A stretch of DNA of 52,905 nucleotides, the filler included, from Bipalium vagum (taxonomy: Eukaryota), in the NCBI GenBank assembly GCA_037834085.1. It is 3 parts of 3 records of this genome, joined end to end, with 100 filler letters (N's around TTAATTAATTAA, not from the genome) between each part and the next. Parts side by side here need not be neighbours in the genome. Positions count along the whole stretch, not along the records: positions 37,147 to 52,905 come from JBBMKC010147431.1; 2 more parts are not named here. One strand, given 5' to 3'. Positions within the stretch are counted from its first letter, which is position 1. Each line of letters starts with the position of its first letter. A program made the position numbers and the translations under genes. The notes beneath the pieces were generated by a model, which worked only from the letters and a program-made list of their open reading frames with translations, searched no databases and was not told where the DNA came from. Shown here piece by piece: positions 51,349-52,905 of this stretch.

Positions 51349-52611
51349 TAATTATATTATTAATTATAAGTATTATTAATTCGATTTCTAAAACATCCTA
51401 ACCCTTTCATATTTATTCCCTTTAAAATTAAGTATTTTGTCATTTTGAAAATTAATAAAATGCTTTTAATATTTTAATTTATCTATCTGAATTTTCAATT
51501 CAGAGGCACAGAAAATTAATAATTAATGTCTCTCATTTCGAAAGAAAGAGGCATTTAATTCTGATTTTAATCATTATTTTTCTTTTTATTTTAATTATCA
51601 CTTAAATACATCATATTTATTACTCTTGTACCTGATTTTATTCGATATAGTCATCAAACCAAACATCAATTTAGAAAAATGTTGATTATATCGAAATTGG
51701 TATATTAAAAAATTGTAAAACATTTTAATAAGAAAGAATAAATTAATGCGTCATATTTGTTATTTTATTAATTATAATTTAATTAATCTAACTAATAAAA
51801 ATAATATCATAATAATAAAATATTGAGGCCAAAATCGACCATAGTTTATTATGATTATAAAAATATTTTTCCCCATCTAAACTCTTTAAATAGGCACAAT
51901 GATAATAATTTTAATTCTTCTTTTCCGCACTCCTTTTTAACTTCCTCTAATCTCCATTTTATCACCCTTAATAACTATAACAAAATATCTCCCCACCTTA
52001 TAAAAATTATCTAAATTCTTTACAATATTTTAATAATAAACTTAAATTTTTAAACTCCCTGTACAACACCTTTCTAACTTTCTCAACCAACCTAATCTTC
52101 ATCTTTTCACACCAAACCTCTCTGAACCCCATAATAAATTCCCCACAATACCAAATTATAACTACCAACCCTATCTCCAACCTGGCCTGATACTTTTTTT
52201 CAACCCTAAGTTTCCACCTCCCGCGCTTCCTCAATTAAATAAGATTGAGCATCCACAGGAGAATCGACAATTTTAATCAGAAACAACCTAATTTAACTTT
52301 AAAAATCAAGATTCAAATAGTACAGAGCACACTTCCCTAAATAAAGATAATAATAAGAATATTAAGAAGAATAAAGATAGAAATAAGAATAATAACAGAA
52401 ATATGAATAATAAGAATAAGAATATAGGAAATAAAACTATAAATTAAAAAAACAGATAATATTATAATAATAATAAAACCAAATATAATGATAAGAAAAA
52501 GGATAAAATTAACAATACTAATATTAAAAATAACAATAATATTAATAATGATAACAAGAATAGGAATATAAACAAAAATAATAACAGTTAAAGTAATAGT
52601 CATAAAAATAG

Positions 52612-52804
52612 NNNNNNNNNNNNNNNNNNNNNNNNNNNNNNNNNNNNNNNNNNNNNNNNNNNNNNNNNNNNNNNNNNNNNNNNNNNNNNNNNNNNNNNNN
52701 NNNNNNNNNNNNNNNNNNNNNNNNNNNNNNNNNNNNNNNNNNNNNNNNNNNNNNNNNNNNNNNNNNNNNNNNNNNNNNNNNNNNNNNNNNNNNNNNNNNN
52801 NNNN
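52612..52804. other. Scaffold gap (193 N)
   Basis: Run of N with no linker. Confidence 0.98.
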
Positions 52805-52905
52805 TAAAAATTAAAAAATCTTAACATAATAATTTTTAAAAACTTTAAATTAAAAACATTTAATAATTGTTAATCATGGCGTGAGGTCCTTATTTAAAAA
52901 AATTC

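Noticed and set aside
52337-52603. Hydrophobic ORF as a membrane or mitochondrial protein
   Set aside because: It is the translation of a low-complexity A/T tract with no recognisable motif.
1-52905. tRNA, rRNA or snRNA genes
   Set aside because: None were recognisable by eye; tRNAscan-SE and Infernal would be needed to exclude them.

Overview
Very AT-rich eukaryotic (invertebrate animal) genomic DNA with GT-AG introns; no prokaryotic features. The innexin motifs and 43-55 bp introns suggest a flatworm/planarian-like host (inference only). The window is at least three contigs joined by an artificial 100-bp spacer (44N-TTAATTAATTAA-44N at 19235-19334 and 37047-37146), plus a plain gap at 52612-52804. 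I spliced five host genes by hand. (1) A complete 3-exon innexin (-, 1663-11776). (2) The last two exons of an Ldh_2-family dehydrogenase (-, 17161-17371). (3) The last two exons of a caspase-3/7-like gene (+, 19335-21125). (4) A complete 11-exon KDM2/JHDM1-like JmjC demethylase that appears to lack the CXXC-PHD-F-box-LRR half (+, 24548-29031). (5) The first four coding exons of casein kinase 1 gamma (-, 37929-44286). Genes 2, 3 and 5 are cut by the joins, and 2 and 3 are absent from the ORF track. The rest is mostly decayed and often nested transposons: Tc1, mariner, rosa/DD41D, IS630-like, pogo/Tigger, Merlin, MULE-like, Ty3/Gypsy, a solo LTR and an RLE non-LTR fragment. I found no convincing new multi-gene system; the best leads are the JmjC-only KDM2 and a few unusual elements.
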